A stretch of DNA of 64,000 nt from Nitrosopumilus sp. Lineage in GTDB: Archaea > Thermoproteota > Nitrososphaeria > Nitrososphaerales > Nitrosopumilaceae. The notes under the pieces were generated by a model. The model saw only the letters and a list, made by a program, of their open reading frames with translations. It was not told the origin of the DNA and did no database searches. The stretch covers positions 1,088,001-1,152,000 of the forward strand of contig OZ245003.1 of assembly GCA_965223425.1 (NCBI GenBank), in the 5' to 3' direction. Positions within the stretch are counted from its first letter, which is position 1. Every line of letters starts with the position of its first letter. This document shows, in pieces, positions 40,606 through 51,112 of this stretch. Made by a program: the position numbers and the translations under genes.

Positions 40606-40921
40606 TAATTGATTTGTAGAATATACGAATAAAAATTATACCTAATATCGGATTTGAATTATGGGGTCTGGGAAGCAAAAGTCTTTCTTAACATTGAAGA
40701 TCCTGCAGGAAACATAACGCGATTGGGATGCAATCACACAGTTCAGGTCATCTATTCCAAATACCGTGTTGTGCCTGTCTGGTATGTTGGCGCATGCCAG
40801 CATATTTCTCGCACCGTTTATGACATCTTGATGTGTGCCGGAGTTGTTTATCATCATCTGCGTCTCTGCTTGGTTTTTTGCCTGGGCAGCAAAATCACGG
40901 GGCCATGCCTCGGACTTTAGA

Positions 40922-41641
40922 TTAATCGTGGTTTGTTATGTCATCATAGTGTTTAATTGATTTTTGTAAGGTATCACTTGATATCATCCCATCAGTAATG
41001 ATTTTTTCATATAGTTCAGGATAAATAAATTCACGTTTAGAGTATTCAATAATTTTCTCATAATCTTCCTGAAAATAATGTGGGATTTCATCTGAACCTG
41101 ACGTGGATTTTGTAGGAAAATCATACGCAAATGCTAGCACATCATGCTTGAGACCCTTAGTTTTAAAATTATTCAGCGGCAAATGTATTTGAAGAAAATC
41201 AATCACTTCAGGTTTATTTATGAGCCATTGGTGAAGCCATTTTTCCTCCTCAATATTGTGATGAATCATTCTACCATACAGAAAAAATAAATCAAATCGA
41301 AGGATATTGTGTCCTATTATTTTGAGTCTGTCGTCGCCTGTGCCCCGTTGCAAATCCACTACAACATTGTAGAATTTTTGTAATAGTTCTTTTTCTCCCA
41401 TCTCCCATTCTTTTAGTCTGAATGTGTGGCCATTGTTAATTTTGTATGTAATGAGGATAGTTTTTCCATCAAATGGGGTGAGGCCTCCTCGCTCAAACCT
41501 CCAAAACTGATCCTTGTCTTCAGAATTCTTATGCAGTACACCTGAATCAATTGCCTCTTTTGTTTTGAAATACTCTTCTTTTGTGAATTGCGGAGCAGTT
41601 TCAATATCTAAAAAAAGATTTGGCATAAATAACATTGGCAT
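40922..41641 (-). CDS. Stand-alone PolB-type 3'-5' exonuclease-like protein
   Basis: ExoI LDIET and ExoII GHNILRFDL; ExoIII appears divergent (YSKRE). Confidence 0.7.
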   Translation of the reverse strand: MPMLFMPNLFLDIETAPQFTKEEYFKTKEAIDSGVLHKNSEDKDQFWRFERGGLTPFDGKTILITYKINNGHTFRLKEWEMGEKELLQKFYNVVVDLQRGTGDDRLKIIGHNILRFDLFFLYGRMIHHNIEEEKWLHQWLINKPEVIDFLQIHLPLNNFKTKGLKHDVLAFAYDFPTKSTSGSDEIPHYFQEDYEKIIEYSKREFIYPELYEKIITDGMISSDTLQKSIKHYDDITNHD

Positions 41642-41977
41642 GCTAAGAAATTAACATATCTCATGTTTGGGGCATATAATTCAAAAAATAGCTCCTTTTT
41701 AGGTTAATATGAAAATTGGGGAGTATGATCTTGACGAGAAAGATTCAACCAACGTAAATGCAATTATTTCAGATTTTCTCAATTTTACATGTAAAGTTAT
41801 CGATGGGATTGCAATTGGTGCTGGCTTTGCTTAAATTTTGAATTTCACACATGAAATTTGCGCAATTTTTCTGTTTTTTACTATTGCAAGATACAAGTAA
41901 CAGCAACAGTATTTCAGTCCGGCTTTGACACCCTTTTATTTATTCTACAGTGTTTTCTGGAGGTATTTTTTTTATGA

Positions 41978-42280
41978 TTAAATGTCAACATAAATACCGT
42001 CATCCCTTGCCTCTACAGAATATGTTTCTAATTTAACATCTTTGAGATAGTCTGTCAGTTCCCCTGTTTTGATATTGTAGTGCCAAAAATGTAATGGGCA
42101 TTCCACAATATCTCCCTCAAGTTTTCCAGGAGCAATTGAACCGTCTTGATGAACACAAAGATCATCTAGTGCATGATATCCGTCTTGATTGAATACTGCA
42201 ATTTGTTTTCCATCAATTTTGAAAGCTTTGCCTTTGCCTGCAGCAACTTCCCCTTTTTCGGCAATCTTTTTCCAAGTCAA
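41978..42280 (-). CDS. Rieske [2Fe-2S] ferredoxin
   Basis: CVH...CPLH motif. Confidence 0.9.
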   Translation of the reverse strand: MTWKKIAEKGEVAAGKGKAFKIDGKQIAVFNQDGYHALDDLCVHQDGSIAPGKLEGDIVECPLHFWHYNIKTGELTDYLKDVKLETYSVEARDDGIYVDI

Positions 42281-42355
42281 TAATTTAGCGATATCTTTGT
42301 CATTTATTTACATTCGCATGATAGAATTTTATAGTCTTCTTCATGGGTTTGATCG

Positions 42356-43597
42356 TTGAGTAAAGTAAAGACTAGTCAAAAATTGATCAAGAAAGGCAAA
42401 TTATCTTATGAATGGGCTAGATCCCATATGCAAATTCTAGACAATACTGTTAATCGCTTTAAAAAATCTAAGCCCCTCAAGGGCGTAACACTTGGATTCT
42501 GTCTGCATATTACAAAAGAAACCTCTGTCTTACTAATGGGTGCCAAAGAATTGGGCGCAACCGTTGCATGTTGTGGTGGCAATCCGTTAACAACTCAAGA
42601 TGACATTGCAGCATTTTTGGCTTCTCAAGGAATTCATGTTTATTCTTGGCATGGACAATCTGTCAAAGAATATGATTGGTGTATTGATCAAGTATTGAAA
42701 CACAAACCAATAATTCTGACAGATGATGGGGCCGATATGAACATCAAGGCTCATTTTGATAAGAGATTTAAGAACATGAAAATTCTTGGAGCAACTGAAG
42801 AAACCACTGCCGGTGTTACTCGAATCAGAGCAGTAGAAAACCAGGGAAAACTCCGCTATCCTGTAATTCTAGTGAATGAGGCATATACAAAACACATGTT
42901 TGATAACCAATATGGAACCGGGCAAAGCACCATTGATGGCTATCTTCGGGCTATGAATTTGCTTATGGCCTCAAAACGTGTTGTTGTAGTTGGTTATGGT
43001 TGGGTCGGTCGTGGTGTTGCATCAAGATGCCATGGGATGGGCTCCAAAGTAATTGTCACTGAAATAGATCCTATTAAAGCACTAGAAGCTCACATGGATG
43101 GTTTTGAAGTAATGCCGATGTCACAGGCCTCCAAAACTGGTGACATTTTCATTACATGTACTGGAATGACGAGTGTAATTAGAAAAGAGCACATATTACA
43201 AATGAAAGGTGGCGCAATCATGGGAAATGTCGGCCACTTTGATGTTGAAATTGATAGTGAATTCTTACTCAGGCAGTCAAAATCTGTTAAAGAAGTAAGA
43301 CCCAGTCTTGATGAATGCACTTTGAAAAACGGAAAGAAAGTGTATTTGATTGGTCAGGGCCGACTTGCAAACTTGGTTGCAGCAGAAGGACATCCGCCGG
43401 AAGTTATGGCCCAATCATTTTCAAATCAAATTTTATCTGTTTTGTACATTCTCAAAAATCACAAAAAAATGGGAAATAAAATTATCAATGTTCCTGAAGA
43501 AATCGATAGACAAGTGGCAGTTGATGCATTAAGAGCGATGGATGTTAAAATAGACAAACTGACACCAGAGCAGGTAAAATACGCTAATAGCTGGTAA
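42356..43597 (+). CDS. ahcY: Adenosylhomocysteinase
   Basis: EETTAGV, KHMFDNQYGTGQS, GYGWVGRG and GHPPEVM. Confidence 0.97.
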   Translation: MSKVKTSQKLIKKGKLSYEWARSHMQILDNTVNRFKKSKPLKGVTLGFCLHITKETSVLLMGAKELGATVACCGGNPLTTQDDIAAFLASQGIHVYSWHGQSVKEYDWCIDQVLKHKPIILTDDGADMNIKAHFDKRFKNMKILGATEETTAGVTRIRAVENQGKLRYPVILVNEAYTKHMFDNQYGTGQSTIDGYLRAMNLLMASKRVVVVGYGWVGRGVASRCHGMGSKVIVTEIDPIKALEAHMDGFEVMPMSQASKTGDIFITCTGMTSVIRKEHILQMKGGAIMGNVGHFDVEIDSEFLLRQSKSVKEVRPSLDECTLKNGKKVYLIGQGRLANLVAAEGHPPEVMAQSFSNQILSVLYILKNHKKMGNKIINVPEEIDRQVAVDALRAMDVKIDKLTPEQVKYANSW

Positions 43598-43626
43598 ATT
43601 AAGATCATTTTCACAATTTTCTCTAC

Positions 43627-43715
43627 TAGATCTAGTACACAATTAACACAATTTGATTACCTTTTCAGAATTTATTCATAGCATGATCAAATCACGGCAT
43701 GCTGTACTAAACACC
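43627..43715 (+). repeat. Left arm of ~89-bp inverted repeat (partner 48347-48435)
   Basis: tagatctagtacacaattaacacaatttgattac...ggcatgctgtactaaacacc is the near reverse complement of 48347-48435. Confidence 0.9.
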
Positions 43716-43904
43716 ATGTTTTTTGCTTTTCAAAGCGAGTCTTTACGTCCTTCTTTTACCCAGTCTGGAAGATCCTTATGATGTCAGGTAAGAGGCGAGC
43801 TGATTTTGGAATCGAATGGCAGAATTTTGCATCTAAAACCACTAAATATTGTAATCATCAGATTTTTAAAATCCGATACCCATATTCTGGCAGATGTGCA
43901 ATAA

Positions 43905-44486
43905 ATGTCAATGATTGATGAGAAAATCGAGCAGTTCAACGATGTAGATAGATTTATTTTGTTACTGCTAGGTGCAAAAAATTCTGAATCCGTACCTGGC
44001 CCCATACATTTTCAAAAAGAAATGTATTTGCTTCAAAATCTATTTCCAAAATTAGCAGATGAGACTGATTACGACGCATACCTTCTTGAACCACACAGTG
44101 AGATTGTAGCCGACGAGGCAGAGCAGTTAGAATCTGCTGGATTAATAAGAGCAAAGACAGGAAATCTTGAGTTAACTTCAGATGGAAAAAAAGTCTTCAA
44201 CATATTAAAAAAGAGATCGAGTAAAGAAGAGACTAGAAAAATTGAAGAGTTCAAAGAACTTCTCAATGACTTGACCAAGGATGAGCTTTTGGCCTTCATA
44301 TATTTCTCTTACCCGTCCCAAGACGAACTTGAAAAGGAATCTATCGAGTACAAGGATCTTCTGCCAAAGCGAAAAAAACTTGCGATATCTATGTATCAAA
44401 GGGGCAAGATTAGTGCCCAAAAGGCAGCACAGATAGCAGGAGAGCATCTAGAAGATTTTCTTAAGGAATTAAAAAACGTGGCGTAG
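43905..44486 (+). CDS. Winged-helix (YwgA/DUF4065-like) protein with C-terminal UPF0175-like HTH; putative antitoxin
   Basis: FQKEMYLL...YDAYLLEPHSEIV...LTSDGK; C-terminal MYQRGKISAQKAAQIAG. Confidence 0.65.
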   Translation: MSMIDEKIEQFNDVDRFILLLLGAKNSESVPGPIHFQKEMYLLQNLFPKLADETDYDAYLLEPHSEIVADEAEQLESAGLIRAKTGNLELTSDGKKVFNILKKRSSKEETRKIEEFKELLNDLTKDELLAFIYFSYPSQDELEKESIEYKDLLPKRKKLAISMYQRGKISAQKAAQIAGEHLEDFLKELKNVA

Positions 44487-44675
44487 ATGAAAATTTTTGA
44501 TGCTACAGCGGTAATTGCATTTCTAAACGACATGAACTACTCAGATGGGATAATGGAACTCTCAAAACATTATGAGATAATTATTCCCAAAGGTGTTGCC
44601 GATGAGATTAAAAAATCCCCCGGAAAAGAGATGTTGCAAGATTTAGTAAAACAAAAGGCAATAAAGATTGGTACG

Positions 44676-45807
44676 TAGTGAATTGGATTAACAATCGCTC
44701 ACAAAACAGACAACATTATTCAACCACAAGATCTAGATCCCAGTGTATGGCAGAATCCGCATGAAATACAACAATTCTGCAATACCGGCAGACAGAAGGT
44801 TCCTGTCCGGCGTCTCCAGTGCGCGCCTGCGCAGCATGCAAAAAAAGGAGACAGATCCCAGGGCCGCAGCAAGGCTGCTGGCATATGCCATGCGCAAGGA
44901 GGGCATGTCCATACGCCGGATATGCAGGGCCCTCAACAGGTCATACTCTACAGTACGGGGCTGGCTTGTGCGCGCCGCACAGCTTGGCACCTGCGGCAGG
45001 TACGACATCAAAAACAAAGGCGCGCCAAACAAGCTCGATCCGGAACAGACAAAGCAGCTGCGCGCAGACCTGCTGGCAGGCCCGCGCAGTTGCGGCTTTG
45101 AGTCCGGAGTGTGGACGGCACCGCTGCTGGCCGCACACATCAGAAAAAAGTTCGGCGTGCAGTATGCCACTGTCAGCATATATGACATACTGCACAGGAT
45201 GGGCTTTTCGTGCAGAAAGCCGCGTCCAAAGCACCCAAAATCAGCCTCAGAATCAGAGAAAAAAGAGTTTAAAAAAAAAGCAGGGGAGATAATCCAGAGT
45301 CATCCAGACCATACGGTGATTACAGTTGATGAGGCCTCCTTTATCATTGGATGGAATACCAAGAACGGGTGGTACCTCAAGGGCAAGCCCGTCACCACTC
45401 CAGTCAGCCTGTCGCGCAAAAGGTTCTACTCGTTTGGGGCGCTGTACGACGGCGGCTTTGACTGCAGGTTCTATGCCAAGGCCAACAGCTACAGCTTTGT
45501 GGACATGCTCGGACACCTGCATCTCAAGCACGGCAAGATCATCGTCTTTCTTGATAACGCATCATACCACAAGTCAAAGATGGTCAATGATTTTGTCGAC
45601 TCGTATGACGGCGACATAGTCCTTGTTTACTTGCCCGTGTACACCCCGGAGCTGAATACCACGGAGGGGCAGTGGAGGCTGTTAAGAAGGGCCACTGCAA
45701 ACGTGATGTATGAAAGCACAAAGGTGATGAAGGAATCCATATGGACAATGCTGGATAGACGTGAGGTCAAGATAACAAGAATGAGCGGTTATTTATCCTA
45801 GTCACTA
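44676..45807 (+). mobile_element. IS630-family element B, copy 3
   Basis: 1132 bp, near-identical to 8318-9449; flanks gtacg| and |cgtca. Confidence 0.9.
44743..45801 (+). CDS. IS630-family transposase (intact)
   Basis: Same DDE motifs as 8324-9382. Confidence 0.9.
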   Translation: MYGRIRMKYNNSAIPADRRFLSGVSSARLRSMQKKETDPRAAARLLAYAMRKEGMSIRRICRALNRSYSTVRGWLVRAAQLGTCGRYDIKNKGAPNKLDPEQTKQLRADLLAGPRSCGFESGVWTAPLLAAHIRKKFGVQYATVSIYDILHRMGFSCRKPRPKHPKSASESEKKEFKKKAGEIIQSHPDHTVITVDEASFIIGWNTKNGWYLKGKPVTTPVSLSRKRFYSFGALYDGGFDCRFYAKANSYSFVDMLGHLHLKHGKIIVFLDNASYHKSKMVNDFVDSYDGDIVLVYLPVYTPELNTTEGQWRLLRRATANVMYESTKVMKESIWTMLDRREVKITRMSGYLS

Positions 45808-46877
45808 CGTCACCGCCCCTGCTGGGCCGTATTGCATAAAACGTATCGCCACTGGCCGAATTGTAAAATATCCACACCCAGACCAGGACTCCGTCGAGTC
45901 GTATGGATGTCTCATCGATGTTGAGTACGGCCGCACCTCTTATTTTTTCCAGTATCCTCATGCTTGGATTCTCCAGATTCGTGCCCACATACCGCACTAT
46001 GTTGTGGATTGTGCCAGTAGATATTGGAACTCCCATATTCGTGATTCTTTGGGCGTTTAGTCTGCATGGCATTCGATCCATGTGGTTGGTCACTATCTCA
46101 GATATTATGTTGTGGCCATAATTTCCATATCCGGGCAGACAGGCATCGCCCTGTATTCCTGCCTTGCCGCATTGGTTGCACGTACACGTGTGTATTGTGT
46201 GTCGTGTGGTAACTGGTTTTGGTACGGGAATCTCCGTAATGTCGCGTACGTTCGTATCTGTCACGTCAAGCTCGGAGGCGCCGCAGTTGGGACACGTTTT
46301 GGGCATGTGCTCGGTGAATTCTGTTGGTTTGGGCCTGCTAGTGGTTCCCTTGTGGCCGGTTTGTGCGCCCTGCTTGCGGGGCGATTTTTCATCGGTGTCT
46401 TTTTCGTAGTTGCGCGTACGCTGTCGGGTCAGGGTGTTATGGGAAGGTGGTGTGTTGGGATTATCATAATATGCCACTATGCGCTCAAGTGCCTTTATTC
46501 TGGATTCATACTTGTTTGTCATCTCCCCATACTTGGATTCATACTTGTTTGTCATCTCCTCATACTTGTTTGCCATCTTTTCTATTGTCTGCTTTTGAAT
46601 CAGATTTTCTGTGCGGAGCTGCTTGTACATTTTCTTGTAGTCGCGCGTATCCTTCAATATGACAGGTAAACCGAACTGGTATTTAGCTTGAGATGGTGAT
46701 CAAAAATTGATCCATTGGGGGAAAATTAGGCATGACGTGAACAGATACAAAGATTGTTAAAGTCGATCAATCAAAGGTAGATCAAATTCTAAACGAACAT
46801 CCACAGCTTCATAGAGGAGAATGCGAAGTCATAGAATTCATGCAATCATATTCAGGAAGAAATAATGCTTGTATAGT

Positions 46878-46976
46878 AGACCTTATGCGTAATCGACTAA
46901 AAATTCAAAATCAAATTGGTTTACTAAGGCAAAAATTATCTCGCAATATTAGTTTGATCGATTATGCATAAGGTCT
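46878..46976. mobile_element. 99-bp MITE (copy 2)
   Basis: Same TIR as 4524-4622; agt duplicated; removing it restores the PIN frame (C-I-V-S-D-D). Confidence 0.9.
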
Positions 46977-47144
46977 AGTATCTGATGATTCAAAAGCTCG
47001 AAAGATTTTTCAAATGCTTAACTTCAAGTGGACCGAAAAACTATTGGATATTATGAAAGAGAAGGGAATAATCGACAAGCAAACTCATGCTTCTAAAAGT
47101 AGCAAGCTTCAAAACGCGGCATTTTATTCAAGGAGAAGAAAATT

Positions 47145-48312
47145 ATGACGACATATTTGCAAATCGAGACTCTTTCAAATGACAACAAAAAGTCGCTCTT
47201 TAGGAGTCAGAGGATAAAACTGAACGGTAAGAAGGCAGTGACTCCTCTAAAGGCACTGGATCCTACAAAATTCCGCTCTGATGTTTCTCTGAACAAGAAG
47301 GCATTTGGATTCAATGAAATCTATAGAGTGTTAAACTCGGATAAGATATCTTTGTTGCAAAAAGACTCGTACGAACATGACCGTTTCTCAAAAACACTGT
47401 CAAATATGGTTAGAAAAAGCCAATTAAATGACCTTAATGTCTGTCTAGTAAAGTTTTCTTCAAAGAGATCAACCGTTTCCACTCAAAAAAGAGATAGAAT
47501 TTCTAACTGATGTGGCACACAGCTTTTCTGATATTACTCCAATGCCAATTGTTGATATCAAGATAAACAGTTCCAATTTTTCAAGATATCTGAATTATCT
47601 ACAACTGTGTTATGATACAATAGAAGAGCTGAATAACAAACCCATTATGGGAATGCTTCCCAACATGCCACGAGAACTGTATCCAAAGCTTTTAGAATTT
47701 TATATTAAAAACCGAATCTCTTCATTTTGTTTTGATTTCAATGGACAGACACCAGACCACCTTAAGCTTCGTCCTGTAATGAGGTATCTCAACACAAAAG
47801 AACTTCTAAGCAAGACATTGATTTATGGAGTCAATGCAAAACCGGGAAGAGTGTTGAAAAACACTAACGTGATTCCTTCCAAAGATTTTATCGCCTACGG
47901 TTTTGGATTGGACATTCTTGGTGAAAGTCACATAGGAGCAAAAGGTTCAAAAGTATTCTTTGAAAAGATGAAAGTGGCAATAGGCAAACAGCAGGAAAAC
48001 AAGAAAAGAATCTTCATTAAATCTGATTATGGTTACTATAAAACAAATGTAAAGGAAGAAGTTTTCGGTCTTTATCCAAGTGACACAAAAATAAAATTAG
48101 ATGACATATTGCACGATTCACAACAAACTTGGCAGAAACTTTTCAATATGGAGCAACAATCAATAGAAACAGGCAGAATAAGAAAAAGACTTGAATCATT
48201 AGACAGGAACGAGACGATTCTAACTTATATTAAGAAAAAAACACAAATCAAAAAAGAACTCAAGCATCTTGAATCAGAACCTAAGAATATTTCACAGCAA
48301 ATGCTAATTTAA
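47145..48312 (+). pseudogene. Frameshifted ~390-aa protein, possibly a degenerate tRNA-guanine transglycosylase-like TIM barrel
   Basis: The second frame is open back through PFPLKKEIEFLTDVAH (~47470). The N-terminus FRSQRIKLNGKKAVTP and C-terminus LFNMEQQSIETGRIRKRL echo TGT ends. Confidence 0.5.
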
Positions 48313-48346
48313 TTGAAACATAGATGGCAGGCACACACACACCCTA

Positions 48347-48435
48347 GGTGTTTAGTACGGCATGCCGTGATTTGGATCATGCTGTGAATAAATTCTGAAA
48401 AAGTAATCAAATTGTGTTATTGTGCACTAGATCTA
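48347..48435 (-). repeat. Right arm of ~89-bp inverted repeat
   Basis: Reverse complement of 43627-43715 with few differences. Confidence 0.9.
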
Positions 48436-48481
48436 TGGTCTAAAACTTCTTAACCCCATTACTGTTCCTGACTATTGTCTG

Positions 48482-50137
48482 ATGAACAGAAAAGCCATCA
48501 TTACTAGTGCTTTACCTTACGCAAATGGAGAAATTCATTTGGGGCATGTTGCATCTACGTACTTGCCTGCAGATGTCACCACTAGATTCTTGAAACTAAA
48601 TGGAGTGGAGGCTTACTATGTTTGCGCATCTGATGATTTTGGAACGCCTATCTTAATTCAATCAGAAAAAGAGGGAAAAACACCTGCTGATTATGTTGCT
48701 CATTGGAACAAGCGTGACTTGGAAGATTTTACCTCGTTTAACATTGGATTTGATTATTTCTACAAGACCAGCTCTCCTGAAAACATTGCATTTGTTCAAG
48801 ACGTTTTCAAAAAACTAAACGATGCAGGTCATATCTATGAACAAGAAATCATTCAGTTCTATTGTAATAATGATAAAAAATTCTTACCTGACAGATATGT
48901 AAAAGGCACATGTCCCTACTGTAAAGCCGAAGACCAGTACTCTGATCTTTGTGAAAGCTGCGGCCGTGTCCCTGAAGAAATTACTGATCCAAAGTGTTCG
49001 CTTTGTGGCCGGCCTCCCACAAAAGAGAAGACCAATCATTATTTCTTTAAATTAAAAAATTTTGGTGATTCATTATCTAAATGGTTAGATGAAAACGACC
49101 ATCTCCAAAAAGATGTAAAAAAATATGTTCAGAACTGGATAACCTCTGGATTAATTGATTGGGATGTAACCCGTGATATTTCTTGGGGTGTGCCTGTGCC
49201 ACTTGACAATGCCAAAGACAAAGTATTCTATGGGTGGTTTGATAATCATTTAGCATACATTTCAACTGCAATAAAATTCCTAAATGATAAGGGAATTGAT
49301 GGAAAAGAGTTCTGGAATTCTGCTGACATTTATCACTTTATTGGAAAAGATATTGCGTATCATCACTACCTTTTCTTGCCTGCAATGAGATTGGGAATTA
49401 ATAGTGAATACAAATTACCTGATTACATCCCAACACGAGGACATCTTACCTTACAATCGAAGAAAATTTCTAAAAGCAGAAATTGGTATATTGGTCTGAA
49501 AGAATTTCTTGAATACTATCCTGCAGATTATCTTCGATATTACCTAGTATCAATTAACCCGTATTCCCAAGATGACTTGAATTTTGATTGGAATGACTTT
49601 ACCACTAGAATTAATTCAGAATTAATTGGAAATCTTGGAAATTTTATTAACCGTGCGTTGGGATTTACCAAAAAAGCGTTTGACGGTAAGGTTCCAGAGT
49701 CTGAGTCTTATGACGATAAAGATTCTGAGGCAGAACAAAAAATCAAAAGTTTTGCAGATGATGTGGGTTCACTCATGGAGCAAAACCATCTAGACAGGGC
49801 ATTAAAGAAGATAATGGAATTCTCATCGTACTTTAACCAATACTTTCAACACAAAGAGCCATGGAAAAAGGGCCCTGGCACTGCAAGCTGTGTATTTCTT
49901 TCAGTTAACGCTGCCAGAAGCTTGGCAATTGCCATTTTCCCATTTCTTCCAGAGTCTGCTCAGAAAATTTGGGATCAGTTGGGACTAGATGGAAATACCG
50001 GTGAATCATCTTGGAATGAGATATCTGTTTTGGGAATTTCTTCTAATCACGTCTTGGGCGAGGCTGCCCCTTTGTTTACAAAAGTTGAAGAGTCTGACAT
50101 TGAAAAATATAAAAAACAATTAGGCCCTTCTGAGTGA
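48482..50137 (+). CDS. metG: Methionine--tRNA ligase
   Basis: ALPYANGEIHLGH, CPYC/CESC zinc knuckle, HFIGKDI and KISKS. Confidence 0.97.
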   Translation: MNRKAIITSALPYANGEIHLGHVASTYLPADVTTRFLKLNGVEAYYVCASDDFGTPILIQSEKEGKTPADYVAHWNKRDLEDFTSFNIGFDYFYKTSSPENIAFVQDVFKKLNDAGHIYEQEIIQFYCNNDKKFLPDRYVKGTCPYCKAEDQYSDLCESCGRVPEEITDPKCSLCGRPPTKEKTNHYFFKLKNFGDSLSKWLDENDHLQKDVKKYVQNWITSGLIDWDVTRDISWGVPVPLDNAKDKVFYGWFDNHLAYISTAIKFLNDKGIDGKEFWNSADIYHFIGKDIAYHHYLFLPAMRLGINSEYKLPDYIPTRGHLTLQSKKISKSRNWYIGLKEFLEYYPADYLRYYLVSINPYSQDDLNFDWNDFTTRINSELIGNLGNFINRALGFTKKAFDGKVPESESYDDKDSEAEQKIKSFADDVGSLMEQNHLDRALKKIMEFSSYFNQYFQHKEPWKKGPGTASCVFLSVNAARSLAIAIFPFLPESAQKIWDQLGLDGNTGESSWNEISVLGISSNHVLGEAAPLFTKVEESDIEKYKKQLGPSE

Positions 50138-50892
50138 AAATGAAACCAATTCCGCGAGTTTCCACTAGAGGATACTACAACCTATCTACCGGAAAAACAG
50201 TCAAAAATAACCTGTATCATCTGTATCCCAAAAAATATTTTGAGACACTGATTGGTTCCAAAGAAATCACAATAATGATTCATGGTTTACAGAATGATAA
50301 TGCTGGTGCAGTTGCCAAAACTGTTTTGGCAAGAAACCGATTACGTAAATTAGGATATGCACATCCTGTAGTCGGGTTTAGCTATGATTCAAACACTACT
50401 GGTGCCCACTTAATCACACATGCAAAACACGCGCTTGCCGTAGGTCAGATAATTGCAAAGAAAAATGGTCGAAACCTTGGACGATTCATCGGAGACTTCA
50501 AAAATATCAGTCCCAAAACAAAAATTCGTTTAATGGGACACTCGTTGGGCTCTCAAGTAATTTTAAGCGCCGTTAATTATCTTGCAAAAAGGAAACAAAA
50601 TAAAGGAATTTTAGAGAGTGTTTATTTTTTTGGTGCATCCATAACTGCAGACATGCCCTCATCTAAAAAATATGGAAAGCTTCTGCAAACTGTTGTCAAT
50701 AAAAAAATCGTGAATTACTACGCTCCGACAGATGAAGTACTTTATTGGGCAAACATGGCGAATTACGTTCAAGGTCCATTGGGTCTTAAGGGTGCAACTG
50801 GGAAACCGGTTAGCAAATACCGTCAAAAATTAGTTAGACCAGAAAATCATAGGTTTGCTAGTTATGCTTTGACATTAGACTCGTTTCCATAG
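50134..50892 (+). CDS. Alpha/beta hydrolase (DUF726/DUF900-like)
   Basis: IHG and GHSLG nucleophile elbow. Confidence 0.8.
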   Translation: MKMKPIPRVSTRGYYNLSTGKTVKNNLYHLYPKKYFETLIGSKEITIMIHGLQNDNAGAVAKTVLARNRLRKLGYAHPVVGFSYDSNTTGAHLITHAKHALAVGQIIAKKNGRNLGRFIGDFKNISPKTKIRLMGHSLGSQVILSAVNYLAKRKQNKGILESVYFFGASITADMPSSKKYGKLLQTVVNKKIVNYYAPTDEVLYWANMANYVQGPLGLKGATGKPVSKYRQKLVRPENHRFASYALTLDSFP

Positions 50893-51112
50893 ACTGCTTT
50901 ATGCATGTTGGTGTGGTATAATTTGCGCACTAGTGTTTTATATTATAATGAAATTCATACTTTATGAAATCTAGGATACCGTCTAAACGAAGATCTGTGC
51001 TGTACCGTCTTCAAGTTTTAGATGAAACGTCTGAAAACCCTGCAGATCTTTCTGAGCATCCTTTTAGCTGTCACTAGCATGGTTTTTAGAACCTAATTTT
51101 CATCTGTCAGTA

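Larger units (their letters stand above)
44671..46748 (-). mobile_element. IS66-family element (C-terminally deleted) containing IS630-B copy 3
   Basis: 8-bp TSD aaagattg at 44663-44670 and 46749-46756; end gtatctgttcac; transposase fragment ~45808-46657 with CPNCG and IDET. Confidence 0.85.
44487..47148 (+). pseudogene. DUF3368-type PIN-domain nuclease split by an IS66/IS630 insertion and a MITE
   Basis: Joining 44487-44670, 46757-46877 and 46980-47148 gives a stop-free 157-aa ORF: IFDATAVI, VADEI, LHRGECEVI, SDDSKARK. Confidence 0.85.
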
